The notes: a model not told the origin generated them from the letters alone. DNA of 64,000 bases from an uncultured delta proteobacterium (GCA_963815115.1 CAWFFN010000012.1:352001-416000); one strand, 5' to 3'; positions 28,908 through 39,356 are shown, counted from the stretch's first letter. Program-made: numbers and translations.

Positions 28908-30317
28908 TCAGCGCCGCTCCGCCGCAGCGCTTCCTCCGATGGGCTCGTATCCGCCGGCGCTCGCCGCCAGCACGTACGCGCTCTCGCTGTGCTGCGAGAG
29001 GTCGAGGCCCGCGGACTCCGAGTCCTCGTCGACCCGGATGCCGCCGGTGAGCAGCCCGGCGATGCCGAGACACGCCAGCGTCCCGACGATCGCGATCCCG
29101 TACGTGACCAGGATCGCCGCCACCTGCGTGAGCAGGAGACCGGTCTCGCCCGACACCAGGAGGCCCTGCGTGGTGACCGCCGGGTTGATCGACGTCGACG
29201 CCCACAGGCCGGTCGCGATCGCTCCCCATGTCCCGCCCACGCCGTGCACGCCGACCACGTCGAGCGCGTCGTCGTACCAGCCGAGGACGGTTTTCAGGTT
29301 GCACGCTGCGTAGCACAGGACGCCGGCGACGGCTCCGATCGCGAGCGCGGGCATCGGCGCCACGAATCCCGACGCGGGCGTGATCGCGACGAGTCCCGCG
29401 ACGGCGCCGCTCGCGGCGCCGAGGACCGTCGGCTTTCCCCGGCCGATCCACTCCGCGAACATCCAGGCCAATGCCGCCGCCGCCGTCGCGGTGTTGGTGA
29501 CGACGAAGGCGCTCACCGCCAGCCCGTTGGCGGCGAGTGCGCTGCCCGCGTTGAAGCCGAACCAGCCGAACCAGAGGAGCGCGGCGCCCGTCAACACGAA
29601 GGGCAGGTTGTGCGGAGGCATGGGCTCGGAGCCGTAGCCGAGCCGTCTGCCGATGACGAAGGCGCACACCAGCGCGGACACGCCCGAGCTGATGTGGACC
29701 ACCGTGCCGCCGGCGAAGTCGAGCGCGCCCCAGACCTTGCCGAGGAGGCCGCCGGTGCCCCAGACCATGTGCGCCAGCGGGTCGTAGACCAGGGTCGCCC
29801 ACAGGAGGGAGAAGAGAAGGAAGGCGCTGAACTTCATGCGCTCCGCGAACGCGCCGGTCATGAGCGCCGGCGTGATGATGGCGAACATGCACTGGTAGAT
29901 CATGAAGGCCTGGTGCGGGATGGTCGGGGCGTAGTCGGCGTTCGGCTCGAGGCCGACGCTGCGCAGCCCCAGCCAGTCGAGCCCTCCGAGCACGTGCGCG
30001 TGATCGGGACCGAAGGCCAGACTGTACCCCCACAGCACCCACTGGACGCTGATGAGAGCGATCATGATGAAACTCTGCATCAGCAGGTTGAGCACGTTCT
30101 TGCTGCGGACGAGGCCGCCGTAGAACAGTGCGAGCCCGGGGGCGGTCATCATGAGGACGAGCGCCGCCGAGGTGAGCATCCAGGCGGTGTCTCCGGAATC
30201 GATCTTTGGCTCCTCGGCCGCCCAGGCTTGCATGGCGAACGCCAGCACCACGCCGGCCGACACGAGCGCGCCCATCGTCTTCGACGGTAACGTCACCTTC
30301 CTCCTGGGTCCGCGCAT
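28908..30317 (-). CDS. amtB: ammonium transporter
   Basis: GDTAW, PGLALFYGG, DFAGGTVVH, LWFGWFGFNAGS, DDALDVVGVHG; start uncertain (ATG 30317 or slightly downstream). Confidence 0.96.
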   Translation of the reverse strand: MRGPRRKVTLPSKTMGALVSAGVVLAFAMQAWAAEEPKIDSGDTAWMLTSAALVLMMTAPGLALFYGGLVRSKNVLNLLMQSFIMIALISVQWVLWGYSLAFGPDHAHVLGGLDWLGLRSVGLEPNADYAPTIPHQAFMIYQCMFAIITPALMTGAFAERMKFSAFLLFSLLWATLVYDPLAHMVWGTGGLLGKVWGALDFAGGTVVHISSGVSALVCAFVIGRRLGYGSEPMPPHNLPFVLTGAALLWFGWFGFNAGSALAANGLAVSAFVVTNTATAAAALAWMFAEWIGRGKPTVLGAASGAVAGLVAITPASGFVAPMPALAIGAVAGVLCYAACNLKTVLGWYDDALDVVGVHGVGGTWGAIATGLWASTSINPAVTTQGLLVSGETGLLLTQVAAILVTYGIAIVGTLACLGIAGLLTGGIRVDEDSESAGLDLSQHSESAYVLAASAGGYEPIGGSAAAERR

Positions 30318-30354
30318 AGGTCTTCCCCCCCCTTGGTGCGGAAAAGTAGAGCGG

Positions 30355-30371
30355 AGCAACCGCGGTGCCAG
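30355..30371 (-). promoter_or_regulatory. sigma-54 promoter of amtB-glnK-glnA
   Basis: Minus strand CTGGCAC-CGCGG-TTGCT, exact consensus. Confidence 0.85.
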
Positions 30372-30432
30372 GCTGGCCCGCTCCGGCCGCTCCGGAAATC
30401 CCTCGAGAAGTCTCTCGTACGCCGCGAGGAGT

Positions 30433-30468
30433 TGCCCATCACACGAGCATCTGCTCACGGGAAAGGCA
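30433..30468. promoter_or_regulatory. two tandem NtrC-like enhancer sites
   Basis: TGCCC-N7-GAGCA (30433-30449) and TGCTC-N7-AGGCA (30452-30468), both TGC-N11-GCA, 60-100 bp upstream of the sigma-54 site. Confidence 0.55.
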
Positions 30469-30631
30469 GCCGTCACGCCCGGCCTTCGCGGAGACGCATC
30501 ATGCCGCCTCGATGAAGCGGGGTGCCGTTGCACCGACGACCGGTGGCTGACGTGGGCGAGCAGCACGGGTAGCGCCCCCTTGAGCACGTTGGCGACCAGC
30601 GTAGCAAGCCCTAGATCCGCCGCCGGGACTC

Positions 30632-31102
30632 CTACACGCGGATGCGCTGACGCCGATCGCGCCAGCGCTGGGTCAGCCTGCTCCCGACCCAGCCCAGGGC
30701 GGCTCCGAGAGAGAGGAATACCGCCGCCGCGGCCCCTCCACCGCTCCTCCCGCGGTCGGGCGGTGCGACGGGCGCCGCTTCGCCGCCAGGTGGCGCGCTG
30801 CCGAGCCGTCGCTCCGTCTCCCCCTGCACGTCGGTCAGCTTGCCAATCTCCTTACGAAGCGCGGCCGCGTCCGCCGCCGCCCCATCCGCGCGCTGCTTCA
30901 ACGTCTCGACGTCAGATCGGAGGATGCGGAGCTCGTCGGCGATCCAGGTCTGGCCGGCGGGCGCGGGAGCCGGCGCGGCCGCGGGCGTCGGCGGCGCGGC
31001 CTTGGGCGGCGCCGCGCCCGCCGGCTCGGCGAAGATGAGCGGAAGGGCGAGGGCCCCCGCCGCTCCGATCCTCCGTGACGCCCTCCTCACCCGGATCTTC
31101 AC
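30632..31102 (-). CDS. hypothetical membrane-anchored coiled-coil protein
   Basis: Signal-like N-terminus, Pro/Ala linker, heptad region, C-terminal TM followed by basic tail RWRDRRQRIRV. Confidence 0.6.
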   Translation of the reverse strand: MKIRVRRASRRIGAAGALALPLIFAEPAGAAPPKAAPPTPAAAPAPAPAGQTWIADELRILRSDVETLKQRADGAAADAAALRKEIGKLTDVQGETERRLGSAPPGGEAAPVAPPDRGRSGGGAAAAVFLSLGAALGWVGSRLTQRWRDRRQRIRV

Positions 31103-31126
31103 CTCACGACCGGTACACCTGCGAGA

Positions 31127-31204
31127 TGGTCGGGGTGACTGGATTTGAACCAGCGACTCCTGCGTCCCGAACGCAGTGCTCTAGCCAGGCTGAGCTACAC
31201 CCCG
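31127..31204 (-). tRNA. tRNA-Pro(CGG)
   Basis: CGGGGTGTAGCTCAGCCTGGCTAGAGCA-CTGCG-TT-CGG-GA-CGCAG-GAGTCGCTGGTTCAAATCCAGTCACCCCGACCA; cloverleaf with encoded CCA. Confidence 0.97.
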
Positions 31205-31354
31205 TGCAATGCCCGCCGACGTGAGGCTAGGCGAGTAACACAGGCGCTCGGGAAAGGGAAGATTGCACCGGAGGGCGTGACGGATCGTTGCGGCGGGTGA
31301 TTCAGGGACGACCCCGGGAACACCCGCACGCGTGGAAACAAAGGCACCGGAAGG

Positions 31355-31371
31355 CTGGAACAGGGCTTGCG
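31355..31371 (+). promoter_or_regulatory. sigma-54 promoter upstream of comEA
   Basis: CTGGAAC-AGGGC-TTGCG, GG-N10-GC, one mismatch to TGGCAC. Confidence 0.65.
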
Positions 31372-31426
31372 ATCCATCGCGCTCATGCGGCGCCCGCAGA
31401 GGCGCCAAGGGGAGAAGGAGGTTGGC

Positions 31427-31747
31427 ATGAGGCGATTCAGGAGAGCGGCGGTGGGGCTCCTCTGCGGGCTCGTACTCCTCGGCACGGGAGCCGTGGCAGC
31501 GCCTTCGGGGCCAGAGATGGGTGGCAGCAAGGTCAACGTCAACACGGCCTCGGCCGCCGAGCTGGCCGGCCTGCCGGGAATCGGACCGTCGAAGGCCCAG
31601 GCGATCGTGGAGCACCGGGCCAAGGAGCCGTTCACTCGCGCGGAAGACCTCCGTAAGGTCAAGGGCATCGGGCCGAAGCTCTACGACACGATCCGCGAGC
31701 AGATCACCGTCGGCGACGCTCCTGCGCCGTCGGGCCGCGGCGGCTGA
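31427..31747 (+). CDS. comEA: ComEA-family helix-hairpin-helix DNA-binding protein
   Basis: Signal peptide, KVNVNTASAAEL, LPGIGPSKA, KVKGIG; AAGGAGG RBS. Confidence 0.93.
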   Translation: MRRFRRAAVGLLCGLVLLGTGAVAAPSGPEMGGSKVNVNTASAAELAGLPGIGPSKAQAIVEHRAKEPFTRAEDLRKVKGIGPKLYDTIREQITVGDAPAPSGRGG

Positions 31748-31769
31748 GCCGCGGCGTGTGGCCGGATTC

Positions 31770-31812
31770 GGGGGGCGGGCCGACTAACACGGGCGGGCGG
31801 TCCGTCCCCCCC
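31770..31812. terminator. possible hairpin between convergent comEA and aroC
   Basis: GGGGGCGGGCCG...CGGTCCGTCCCC with G-U pairs and a large loop. Confidence 0.3.
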
Positions 31813-31827
31813 GGCCTGGCCACGAAG

Positions 31828-32910
31828 CTACCTGGGCCGGGTGGCTTCGTGGCGAAGCGCGTGATCGACGAGGACGAGCGCGGCCATGGCCTCGACCATC
31901 GGGACCGCGCGCGGCAGCACGCAGGGATCGTGTCGACCCCGTCCGGTGATGGTCGTGTCCTCACCCTGCGCGCTCACGGTCGCCTGCTCGCGCATCACCG
32001 TCGCGGTCGGCTTGAACGCCACGCGGAAGTACACCGTCTCGCCGTTCGAGATGCCGCCCTGCACACCGCCGCTGCGGTTCGTCCGGGTGCGGACGCGGTC
32101 CCCTTCCATGAAGAACACGTCGTTGTGCTCGAGACCGGTGAGATCGGTGCCGGCAAAGCCCGAGCCGATCTCGAAGCCCTTGCTCGCCGGAAGGCTCATC
32201 ATCGCTCGGGCCAGATCGGCCTCCAGGCGGTCGAAGACCGGCTCGCCCCACCCCGGCTCACAGCCGCGCGCCACACAGGTGACAACGCCACCGAGCGAAT
32301 TGCCGTCCTTTCGGGCCACCTCGACGGCCGCGATCATCTCCTCGGCGACGACCGGGTCGGGACAGCGAATCGGCGTGCGATCCACATCGGCGCGCGTGAC
32401 CCGGTCCAGATCGGCGGCGGCGACCATGCGCCCTACCTTGGAGACGAAGGCAACGATCTCGACGCCCCAGCGCACCGCAAGGAGCTTGCGCGCGATCGCG
32501 CCGGCCGCCACGCGTCCCGCGGTCTCGCGGGCGCTCGTGCGGCCGCCGCCGCGCCAGTCACGGATGCCGAACTTCGCCTGGTAGGTATAGTCGGCGTGGC
32601 TGGGACGAAACTTCTCCGCCACCTCCGCGTAGTCGCCGGAACGCGCGTCCTCGTTCGGGATGAGCAGCCCGATCGGCGTACCCAGCGTGCGGCCGTCGAA
32701 GACCCCGCTCAGGATGCGTACGGTGTCGGACTCCTTGCGCTGGGTGACGAGGTGGCTCTGCCCGGGCGCGCGGCGGTCGAGGTCGGGCTGGATGTCGGTC
32801 TCCGAGAGGGGCAGCAGCGACGGGCAGCCGTCGACCACCGCGCCGATCGCCCCCCCGTGCGACTCTCCCCACGTCGTTACGCGGAACAGCGCGCCGAAGG
32901 TGTTTCCCAC
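31828..32910 (-). CDS. aroC: chorismate synthase
   Basis: [44 protein letters not shown]. Confidence 0.96.
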   Translation of the reverse strand: MGNTFGALFRVTTWGESHGGAIGAVVDGCPSLLPLSETDIQPDLDRRAPGQSHLVTQRKESDTVRILSGVFDGRTLGTPIGLLIPNEDARSGDYAEVAEKFRPSHADYTYQAKFGIRDWRGGGRTSARETAGRVAAGAIARKLLAVRWGVEIVAFVSKVGRMVAAADLDRVTRADVDRTPIRCPDPVVAEEMIAAVEVARKDGNSLGGVVTCVARGCEPGWGEPVFDRLEADLARAMMSLPASKGFEIGSGFAGTDLTGLEHNDVFFMEGDRVRTRTNRSGGVQGGISNGETVYFRVAFKPTATVMREQATVSAQGEDTTITGRGRHDPCVLPRAVPMVEAMAALVLVDHALRHEATRPR

Positions 32911-32970
32911 GTGATTGGCCCTCGCCGGCGGCATCCTAGCGGGCCCGCTCCCAAAGCGCGAGCCGAAGCG

Positions 32971-33220
32971 CGACCCGAGACTCCGTCTCGGGTCGGACGG
33001 AGAGCCTGCATGGGCATGGTGAAAAGGGCGGGCGTCCTGCCGCGGGCGGCGAAGCCGCCGCGGCAAACCTTCCGGAAGGCGAGCCTGTACGGGCGGACTG
33101 CGCTTCGACCGTGCCACCTTTTGCCGCGCCGGCTTTGCCGGCCGCGGCACGGCGTTGGCTTGATCCACCAGACGCTACACGCTCGCGTCAGCTCTCGATC
33201 CGAGACGCAGTCTCGGATCG
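32971..33220 (-). repeat. structured repeat element copy A (MITE/REPIN-like), inverted relative to copies B and C
   Basis: Terminal hairpins CGACCCGAGAC-TCC-GTCTCGGGTCG and CGATCCGAGAC-GCA-GTCTCGGATCG plus two inner GC hairpins; its reverse complement aligns with 48068-48352. Confidence 0.85.
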
Positions 33221-33856
33221 AAGCGCTCGTATGGCGGCGGCGTAGTCCTGCGACTCGAAGACGGCGGAGCCCGCGACGAGGACGTCGGCCCCGGCTGCGA
33301 TCGCCCGTGACGCGTTGAACGACTTGATCCCTCCATCCACCTCGATGAGGAAGGCCGAGCCCGCCTCTGCGCGCATGCGGCGCGCGCTGCTGACGCGTTC
33401 CTGCCAGCCAGGCTCGATGTGCTGGCCCCCACGGCCGGGGTGAACCGTCATCACCAGGAGGAGATCGATGTCGCCGAGGAAGGGGCGTACCCGCTCGAGC
33501 GACGTCTCGGGATTCAAGGCGAGGCCCGACAGCGCTCCGGCCTCACGCACGCCGCGCAGGACGGCGGCGGGATCGGCGCAGGCCTCGACGTGTACGGTCA
33601 CCCGGTTCGCTCCCGCGGCGATGAAGTCGGGGATGTGGGGCTGCGGGTCCTCGACCATCAGATGCACGTCGAGGGGAATCGCCGTGGCGTCCCGCACCGC
33701 CTTCGTCACCAGCGGCCCGATGGTGATCGAGGGCACGAAGTGACCGTCCATGACGTCGACGTGGATCCAATCGGCTCCCGCCTGCGTCACGGCAGCGACC
33801 TCGTCGGCGATGCGGCCGAAGTCGGCGGAGAGGATCGAGGGAGCGATGAGCGCCAT
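33188..33856 (-). CDS. rpe: ribulose-phosphate 3-epimerase
   Basis: IAPSILSADF, IHVDVMDGHFVP, DVHLMV, IEVDGGI, GADVLVAGSAVF. Confidence 0.96.
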   Translation of the reverse strand: MALIAPSILSADFGRIADEVAAVTQAGADWIHVDVMDGHFVPSITIGPLVTKAVRDATAIPLDVHLMVEDPQPHIPDFIAAGANRVTVHVEACADPAAVLRGVREAGALSGLALNPETSLERVRPFLGDIDLLLVMTVHPGRGGQHIEPGWQERVSSARRMRAEAGSAFLIEVDGGIKSFNASRAIAAGADVLVAGSAVFESQDYAAAIRALRSETASRIES

Positions 33857-33900
33857 CGCGCCTCTTCCCTAGCCGAGGCGCGAGGCCGGCGCCAGGCGGG

Positions 33901-35235
33901 TCAGCGTGCGCGCAGCCGCACCGCGAAGAACGCGTCGACGTCGTGGCGGTGCGGCCAGGTGCGCAGCGCGCCGTCCGCGTCGACCAGCGGAGCCGCGGCG
34001 GCGGGAAGCGACGCAACGGCCGACTCGCGCGCGAAGCGCGGCTCGGCGGCGAGGAAGGCGCCGATCACGTCGTCGGTCTCCGCGCGCAGCGGACTGCACA
34101 CCGCGTAGACGAGCACGCCGCCCGATCGCACCAGGCGCGCAACGCCCGCGAGCAGCTCGCGTTGCAGGGTAGCGAGCCGGGGCAGGTCTTCCGGGCGGCG
34201 GCGCCAGCGCAGCTCCGGATGGCGGCGCAGCGTGCCCAGACCGGAGCACGGCGCGTCGACCAGGACGGCGTCGAACCCACGGCGCAGCGGGGGCCGGCGC
34301 GCGTCGGCGACCACCGCGTGCAGCGAGACGGCTCCGAGGCGGGCCGCTTCGGTCGTGATCCGGCGAACGCCGCCGCGGTGCGGGTCCAGCGCCACGACCA
34401 GCCCGCGCGGACCGGCGAGCGCTGCCGCGTGCAACGCCTTGCCGCCGGGTGCCGCACAGGCGTCGAGGACCGCGTTTCCCGGTTCGATGCCGAGGAGGCC
34501 GGTGACGAGCTGGGATGGCTCGCCCTGGAAGACGAAACGTCCCGCTCGGTACGCCGGGGACGAGCGCAGGCGGGCGGCCTGTCGCTCGACGACCAGCGCG
34601 TCGGGGGCCCAGCGCCCGGGCGCGATCCGCACGCCCTGCGCGGACAGCTCGGCAGCGAGCGCGTCGCGGCCAGCGTGCGGCACGCCGATCCGGAGCGCGA
34701 CCGGCCCGCGCGCGTTGTCGGCGGCGAGGAGCGCTGCGAGCTCGGCAGTATCGAGCTGCGCGGACAGGCGCTCGACCAGCCAGCGCGGATGCGACCACTC
34801 GATGGCAAGCCTGCCGATCGGGTCCGCCTTCGCGTCGGGGAGAGCGAGCCCGTCGCGCCCGAGCCGTGCCGCGCGCCGCAGCACCGCGTTCGCCAGGCTG
34901 CCTCCGCGGCGGGCGAGGCGAACGCTGGCATCGACCGCGGCGTAGGCGGGGATGCGATCCAGGAAGAGGAGCTGGTACAGGCCGAGGCGCAGCGCCGCCC
35001 GGACCGGCGGATCGAGCGCCGCGACGGAGCCGCGGACCAGCTGCGCCAGGTGGTGATCGAGACGGCCCTGCCAGGCGAGCGTGCCGTACACCAGCTCCGT
35101 CGCGAGCGCGCGATCGGCGGCCGACAGCGACGCGTCGGTGAGGCGTCGCGCGAGCAACACGTCGGCGAAGGCGGACGTGGTCTCGACGCGGACGAGCACC
35201 TCGTGGGCGACGCCCCGCGAATCCCGCGCCGTCAC
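33901..35235 (-). CDS. rsmB: 16S rRNA m5C967 methyltransferase
   Basis: NusB-like N-terminus, LDACAAPGGK, VLVDAPCSGLG, LVYAVCS; follows fmt. Confidence 0.93.
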   Translation of the reverse strand: MTARDSRGVAHEVLVRVETTSAFADVLLARRLTDASLSAADRALATELVYGTLAWQGRLDHHLAQLVRGSVAALDPPVRAALRLGLYQLLFLDRIPAYAAVDASVRLARRGGSLANAVLRRAARLGRDGLALPDAKADPIGRLAIEWSHPRWLVERLSAQLDTAELAALLAADNARGPVALRIGVPHAGRDALAAELSAQGVRIAPGRWAPDALVVERQAARLRSSPAYRAGRFVFQGEPSQLVTGLLGIEPGNAVLDACAAPGGKALHAAALAGPRGLVVALDPHRGGVRRITTEAARLGAVSLHAVVADARRPPLRRGFDAVLVDAPCSGLGTLRRHPELRWRRRPEDLPRLATLQRELLAGVARLVRSGGVLVYAVCSPLRAETDDVIGAFLAAEPRFARESAVASLPAAAAPLVDADGALRTWPHRHDVDAFFAVRLRAR

Positions 35236-36185
35236 CCCAGCCGGATCCCCGCCGGCATCGGCTGGCCCGCGAGGAAGGACGCGGCAGGCATCCGTTTCCT
35301 GCCCTCGAGCTGGACCTCGACGAGGCGCAGCGTGCCGGCGCCGGTCGCCACCTCGATGCCGTCGTGACCGGCCGCCAGCACGGTGCCCGGCTGCTCGGCC
35401 GGTCGCGTCGCCGTGCCCAGGACCGCGCGATGAACCTTGAGCAGGCGCTCGCCGAGAATGGTGAAGGCGGCAGGGGCAGGCTGCATGGCGCGTACGAGTC
35501 GCTCGAGATCCACCGCTGGAGCCGTCCAACCGATGCGCGCGTGCTCGCGCTCGATGCGGGGCGCGAAGGTGACGCCGTCGGTGGGCTGCGGCCGCGCCTG
35601 CAGCGTGCCGGCGCGCAGCCCGTCGATCGCCTCGCCGATCGCCACCGCGCCGAGCGCGGCCAGCCGCTCGCCGAGCGTCCCCGCCGTGTCATCCGGCCCG
35701 ATCGGCGTCCGGTGCACGAGGAGAACGTCGCCCGCGTCCATCTCCTCGGTCATCTCCATGATGCTCACCCCGGTGACGGCATCGCCGGCGAGGATGGCGC
35801 GGGCGATCGGCGCGGCGCCGCGGTGTCGCGGGAGGATGGAGGCATGGACGTTGATGCAGCCGCGTGCGGGAAGATCGAGGATGGTGCGCGGCAGGATGCG
35901 CCCGTACGCGGCGACGACCACGAGATCGGGGGCGAGCGCGCGCAACGCATCGAGGAACGCCGGGTCTCGCACGCGTTCGGGTTGCAGGATCGGCAGCCCG
36001 CGCTGCGCCGCCAGCGCCTTCACGGCGGGCGGCTCGACGGCGAGACCGCGGCCGCGCGGGCGGTCGGGCTGGCAGACGACGCCCACCACCGGATCGGGGC
36101 GGGCGAGCAGGGCCTCGAGGATGTGGCGGGCAAACGCCGGCGTCCCCATGAAGAGGATGCGCCAGGGTCCGTCGTCAGCGCTCAA
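35232..36185 (-). CDS. fmt: methionyl-tRNA formyltransferase
   Basis: RILFMGTP, QPDRPRGRG, INVHASILPRHRGAAPI; TTG start overlaps the def stop. Confidence 0.95.
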   Translation of the reverse strand: MSADDGPWRILFMGTPAFARHILEALLARPDPVVGVVCQPDRPRGRGLAVEPPAVKALAAQRGLPILQPERVRDPAFLDALRALAPDLVVVAAYGRILPRTILDLPARGCINVHASILPRHRGAAPIARAILAGDAVTGVSIMEMTEEMDAGDVLLVHRTPIGPDDTAGTLGERLAALGAVAIGEAIDGLRAGTLQARPQPTDGVTFAPRIEREHARIGWTAPAVDLERLVRAMQPAPAAFTILGERLLKVHRAVLGTATRPAEQPGTVLAAGHDGIEVATGAGTLRLVEVQLEGRKRMPAASFLAGQPMPAGIRLG

Positions 36186-36733
36186 AGGACCGATCGATGG
36201 GCGCCCGTGCCGCTGCTCGGGCGGCCCTGGCGCTCGAGCTTTCGCTGCCGCGCCTTGTAGAGATCTCGCTTCAGGCGCGAGATCCGATCCAGGAAGAGCT
36301 TGCCGTCGAGATGGTCGATCTCGTGCTGCAGGGCGACGGCGAGCAGCTCCTCGGCCTCGATCTCGATCTCCTTCTCCTCGGGGGTCCAGGCACGGACGAC
36401 GACGCGTTTGGCGCGGGTCACGGGAGCGGTGAACTCCGGCACCGACAGGCAGCCCTCCTCCCACACGATGGAGCCCTCGCGCTCGACGATCGCGGGGTTG
36501 ATGAGCTTCATGAGGTGCTTGCCCGGACCATCGTCCTCTTGCGGCACGTCGAGGACGATCACGCGCCGGCCGACGCCGACCTGCGGCGCCGCCAGCCCGA
36601 TCCCCGGCGCGGCGTACATCGTCTCCGCCAGGTCCTCCAGCAGCGTGGCGACCGTGCCGTCGATCTCGGAGACCTCTGCCGCGGCCTGCTTCAGCACGGC
36701 GTCGGGATAGGCGTGGATGTCGCGGATCGGCAC
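36182..36733 (-). CDS. def: peptide deformylase
   Basis: GIGLAAPQVG, EGCLS, QHEIDHLDG. Confidence 0.96.
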   Translation of the reverse strand: MPIRDIHAYPDAVLKQAAAEVSEIDGTVATLLEDLAETMYAAPGIGLAAPQVGVGRRVIVLDVPQEDDGPGKHLMKLINPAIVEREGSIVWEEGCLSVPEFTAPVTRAKRVVVRAWTPEEKEIEIEAEELLAVALQHEIDHLDGKLFLDRISRLKRDLYKARQRKLERQGRPSSGTGAHRSVL

Positions 36734-36779
36734 GAATCGGGGTCTATCCGGCGCGCCCGGACCCTGCAACGAGCCGGGC

Positions 36780-39061
36780 CTACTCCCGGTGCAGCGCCAT
36801 GGCGACCTCGATCGCCGGATCTCGCGGCGCCAGTCCGGGAAGCTCGATCACCACCTCGTGCAGGGCTCCGGTGAACGGAAACGGGGGCAGGTAGTCGTCG
36901 CAGACCGGGAAGCCGCCGTCCCGCCCGACGAGCAGGCCGCCGCCGCCGATCTGCCAGCGGAACGGCAGCATGCGGGCGAGTCGTCCCGTCGCCACGACGG
37001 CGTCGTCGACGGACAGCGACAGCTCGCATCCACGCCCGCCGGGGCGGACGTCGACGGCGAGCCGATGGCGTCCCGCCGGCACGGACTCCGGTGCCGCAAC
37101 GCGCTCGACGGCGCCGAACAGGTTGAAGGCCGCGACCAGACGTCCGCCGAGCACGTAGAGCGCCCAGCCGTTGCTCCAGTCGCCCAGCGCGCAGAGGATG
37201 CCCTCGACCCCCGCCGGCGGCACGTCGACCTCGGCGAGGGCCCGGAAGCCGCCGGCGAGAAACAGCGTGTCCTCCGAGACCGGCGCCGCCGCCCGGCCGG
37301 AAGACGCTCCGGAACCGCGGCGGCGAGGGCGGGGGCTCGAGCGCGGTCGCGCGGCCGATGAAGCTGTCGTCGAGCGGCAGCACGTTGTTGCGACCGGCCT
37401 CCACCCACCACAGCTCGACGAGCTGGCGAGTGCGTTCCGGGTGCTGGTCGCGCCGACGTCGAGCGCTTCGGCGAAGTCCGCCCCGAGGTCGAACAGCGCC
37501 CAGTGGTCGGTTGTCGAAGTCGAGGCTGCCCTGCAGGCGCTCGCGCTCGACGGTGAGCTGCTTGCCGACGTGATCGGTCGTCGCCTTCCAGCCCTCGTGG
37601 TAGATCGAGCGGCTGCCGAGCATCTCGAAGTACTGGGTCGAGCGCGGAGACGGCGCCGTTGCCTGGAGGAACGTGGGCAGAAGGCTGGCGCCGTCGAGGG
37701 GCTGCTGGCCGACGCCGTCGAGCGTCGTGGGAGCGGCGACGCCGGCCGCCTCGAGGATCGTCGGCATCACGTCGACGGCGTGGCAGAACTGCTCGCGAAG
37801 CTGGCCGCGCACCGCGATGCGGCGCGGCCAGTGCACGATCAGCGGCGTGCGCACTCCGCCGAGCCAGGTGTAGCGCTTCCACAGGCGCATCGGCGTGTTG
37901 CCGGCCCAGGCCCAGCCCCACGCGTAGTGGTTGTAGGCGCGGAGGCCGCCGAGGTCGTCGACGCGCGCCAGCGTGTCGCTGATGTCGTCGACCAGGTCGT
38001 GGGTGAAGCGGTGCTCGTTGAACGAGCCGATCGGTCCGCCCTCGGCGCTCGTGCCGTTGTCGGAGAGCACCACGAAGAGCGTGTCGTCGAGGCGTCCGAT
38101 CGCGGCGAGGAAGTCGACCAGCCGCCCGATCTGGTCGTCGGCGTGTGACACGAAGCCGGCGAAGACCTCCATCTGGCGGGCGAAGAGCCGCCGATGCGTC
38201 GTCGGGAATCGAGCCCCACGCGTCCACCCATGGCGGGCGCTCGGGCAGCGTCGTGCCGCGCGGCACGACGCCGAGCTCGAGCTGGCGTGCGAAGACCCGA
38301 TCGCGCAGCGCTTCCCAGCCGTCGTCGAAGCGGCCTCGGTAGCGCTCGATCCAGGCGCTCGGCGCCTGGTGCGGCGCGTGCGTGGCGCCGGTCGCGAAGT
38401 AGAGGAAGAACGGCTTGTCGGGCGCCGCCTGGTGCAGGTCCTGCACGGCGCGGATGGCCTGGTCGGCCAGGTCCTCGGTCAGGTGGTAGCCGTCCGCGGG
38501 CGATCGCGGCGGCTCGATGAAGCGGTTGTCGCACACCAGCTCCGGCGTCCACTGGTTGGTGTCGCCGTTCAGGAAGCCGTAGTAGCGCTCGAAGCCGAGC
38601 CCGAGCGGCCAGCGCTCGAACGGCCCGGCCGCGCTCTGCTCCCAGCGCGGCGCCAGATGCCACTTGCCGATCGCGATCGTGGCGTAGCCGGCGTCGCGCA
38701 GGAGGCGCGGCAGCGTGCCCGCGGACCGCGGGATGCGGCCGTCGTAGCCCGGGAAGCCGATCGGAATGTCGGTGAGGAAGCCCATGCCGACGGCGTGATG
38801 GTTGCGTCCGGTGAGAAGGCAGGCGCGGGTCGGCGAGCACAGCGCCGTCACGTGGAAGCGGTTGTAGCGCAGCCCTCCCGCGGCCAGGCGGTCGATCGCG
38901 GGCGTGGCGATCTCGGAGCCGAAGCAGCCGAGCTGGGCGAAGCCGAGGTCGTCGAGTACGACCACCACCACGTTGGGCGCGCCGGGCGCCGGTCGTGGCA
39001 GCGGGCTGAACGCCGGCTCGGACAGCGCGATCGTCCTGCCGATGCGGGCACGGGTCGTCAT
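36780..39061 (-). pseudogene. arylsulfatase (Cys-type), interrupted by about 4 frameshifts; pseudogene or sequencing error
   Basis: VVLDDLG, CSPTRACLLTGR, GKWHL, ATHAPHQ, SDNG; the homologous sequence switches frame near 38197, 37512, 37452 and 37285. Confidence 0.75.
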
Positions 39062-39124
39062 GGACGGGGATGACACCCGAAGACGGGGCGATCGTGCAAG
39101 CCCGGAGCGCTCCCCCCGCGTTGC

Positions 39125-39356
39125 CGACCCGATATGAGGTGAGCATGCGGCTTCTTCCTTCGTGGCACCGGCATGCGAACGCCGTGCTGCGGCCGGCGAA
39201 GCCGGCGCGGCAAAACTTGCGCCGCGTAGGTGCGCCGCCGGGTCGTGCTCCGGCACGTTTGCCGCGGCGGCGTCGCCGCTCGCGGCACGACGCTCGTATC
39301 GTGGACCCGAGCCTCATGCTCGCTCTCCGCCCGACCCGGGACGCAGTCCCGGGTCG
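39125..39356 (+). repeat. structured repeat element copy C (left terminal hairpin truncated)
   Basis: Inner motif ACGCCGTGCTGCGGCCGGCGAAGCCGGCGCGGCAAAAC, second inner hairpin, right terminal hairpin CGACCCGGGAC-GCA-GTCCCGGGTCG (39332-39356). Confidence 0.8.

Noticed and set aside
31127-31204. tRNA-Pro as an integration site for a genomic island
   Set aside because: No integrase, and no duplicated tRNA 3' end noticed in the window; flanking genes look native
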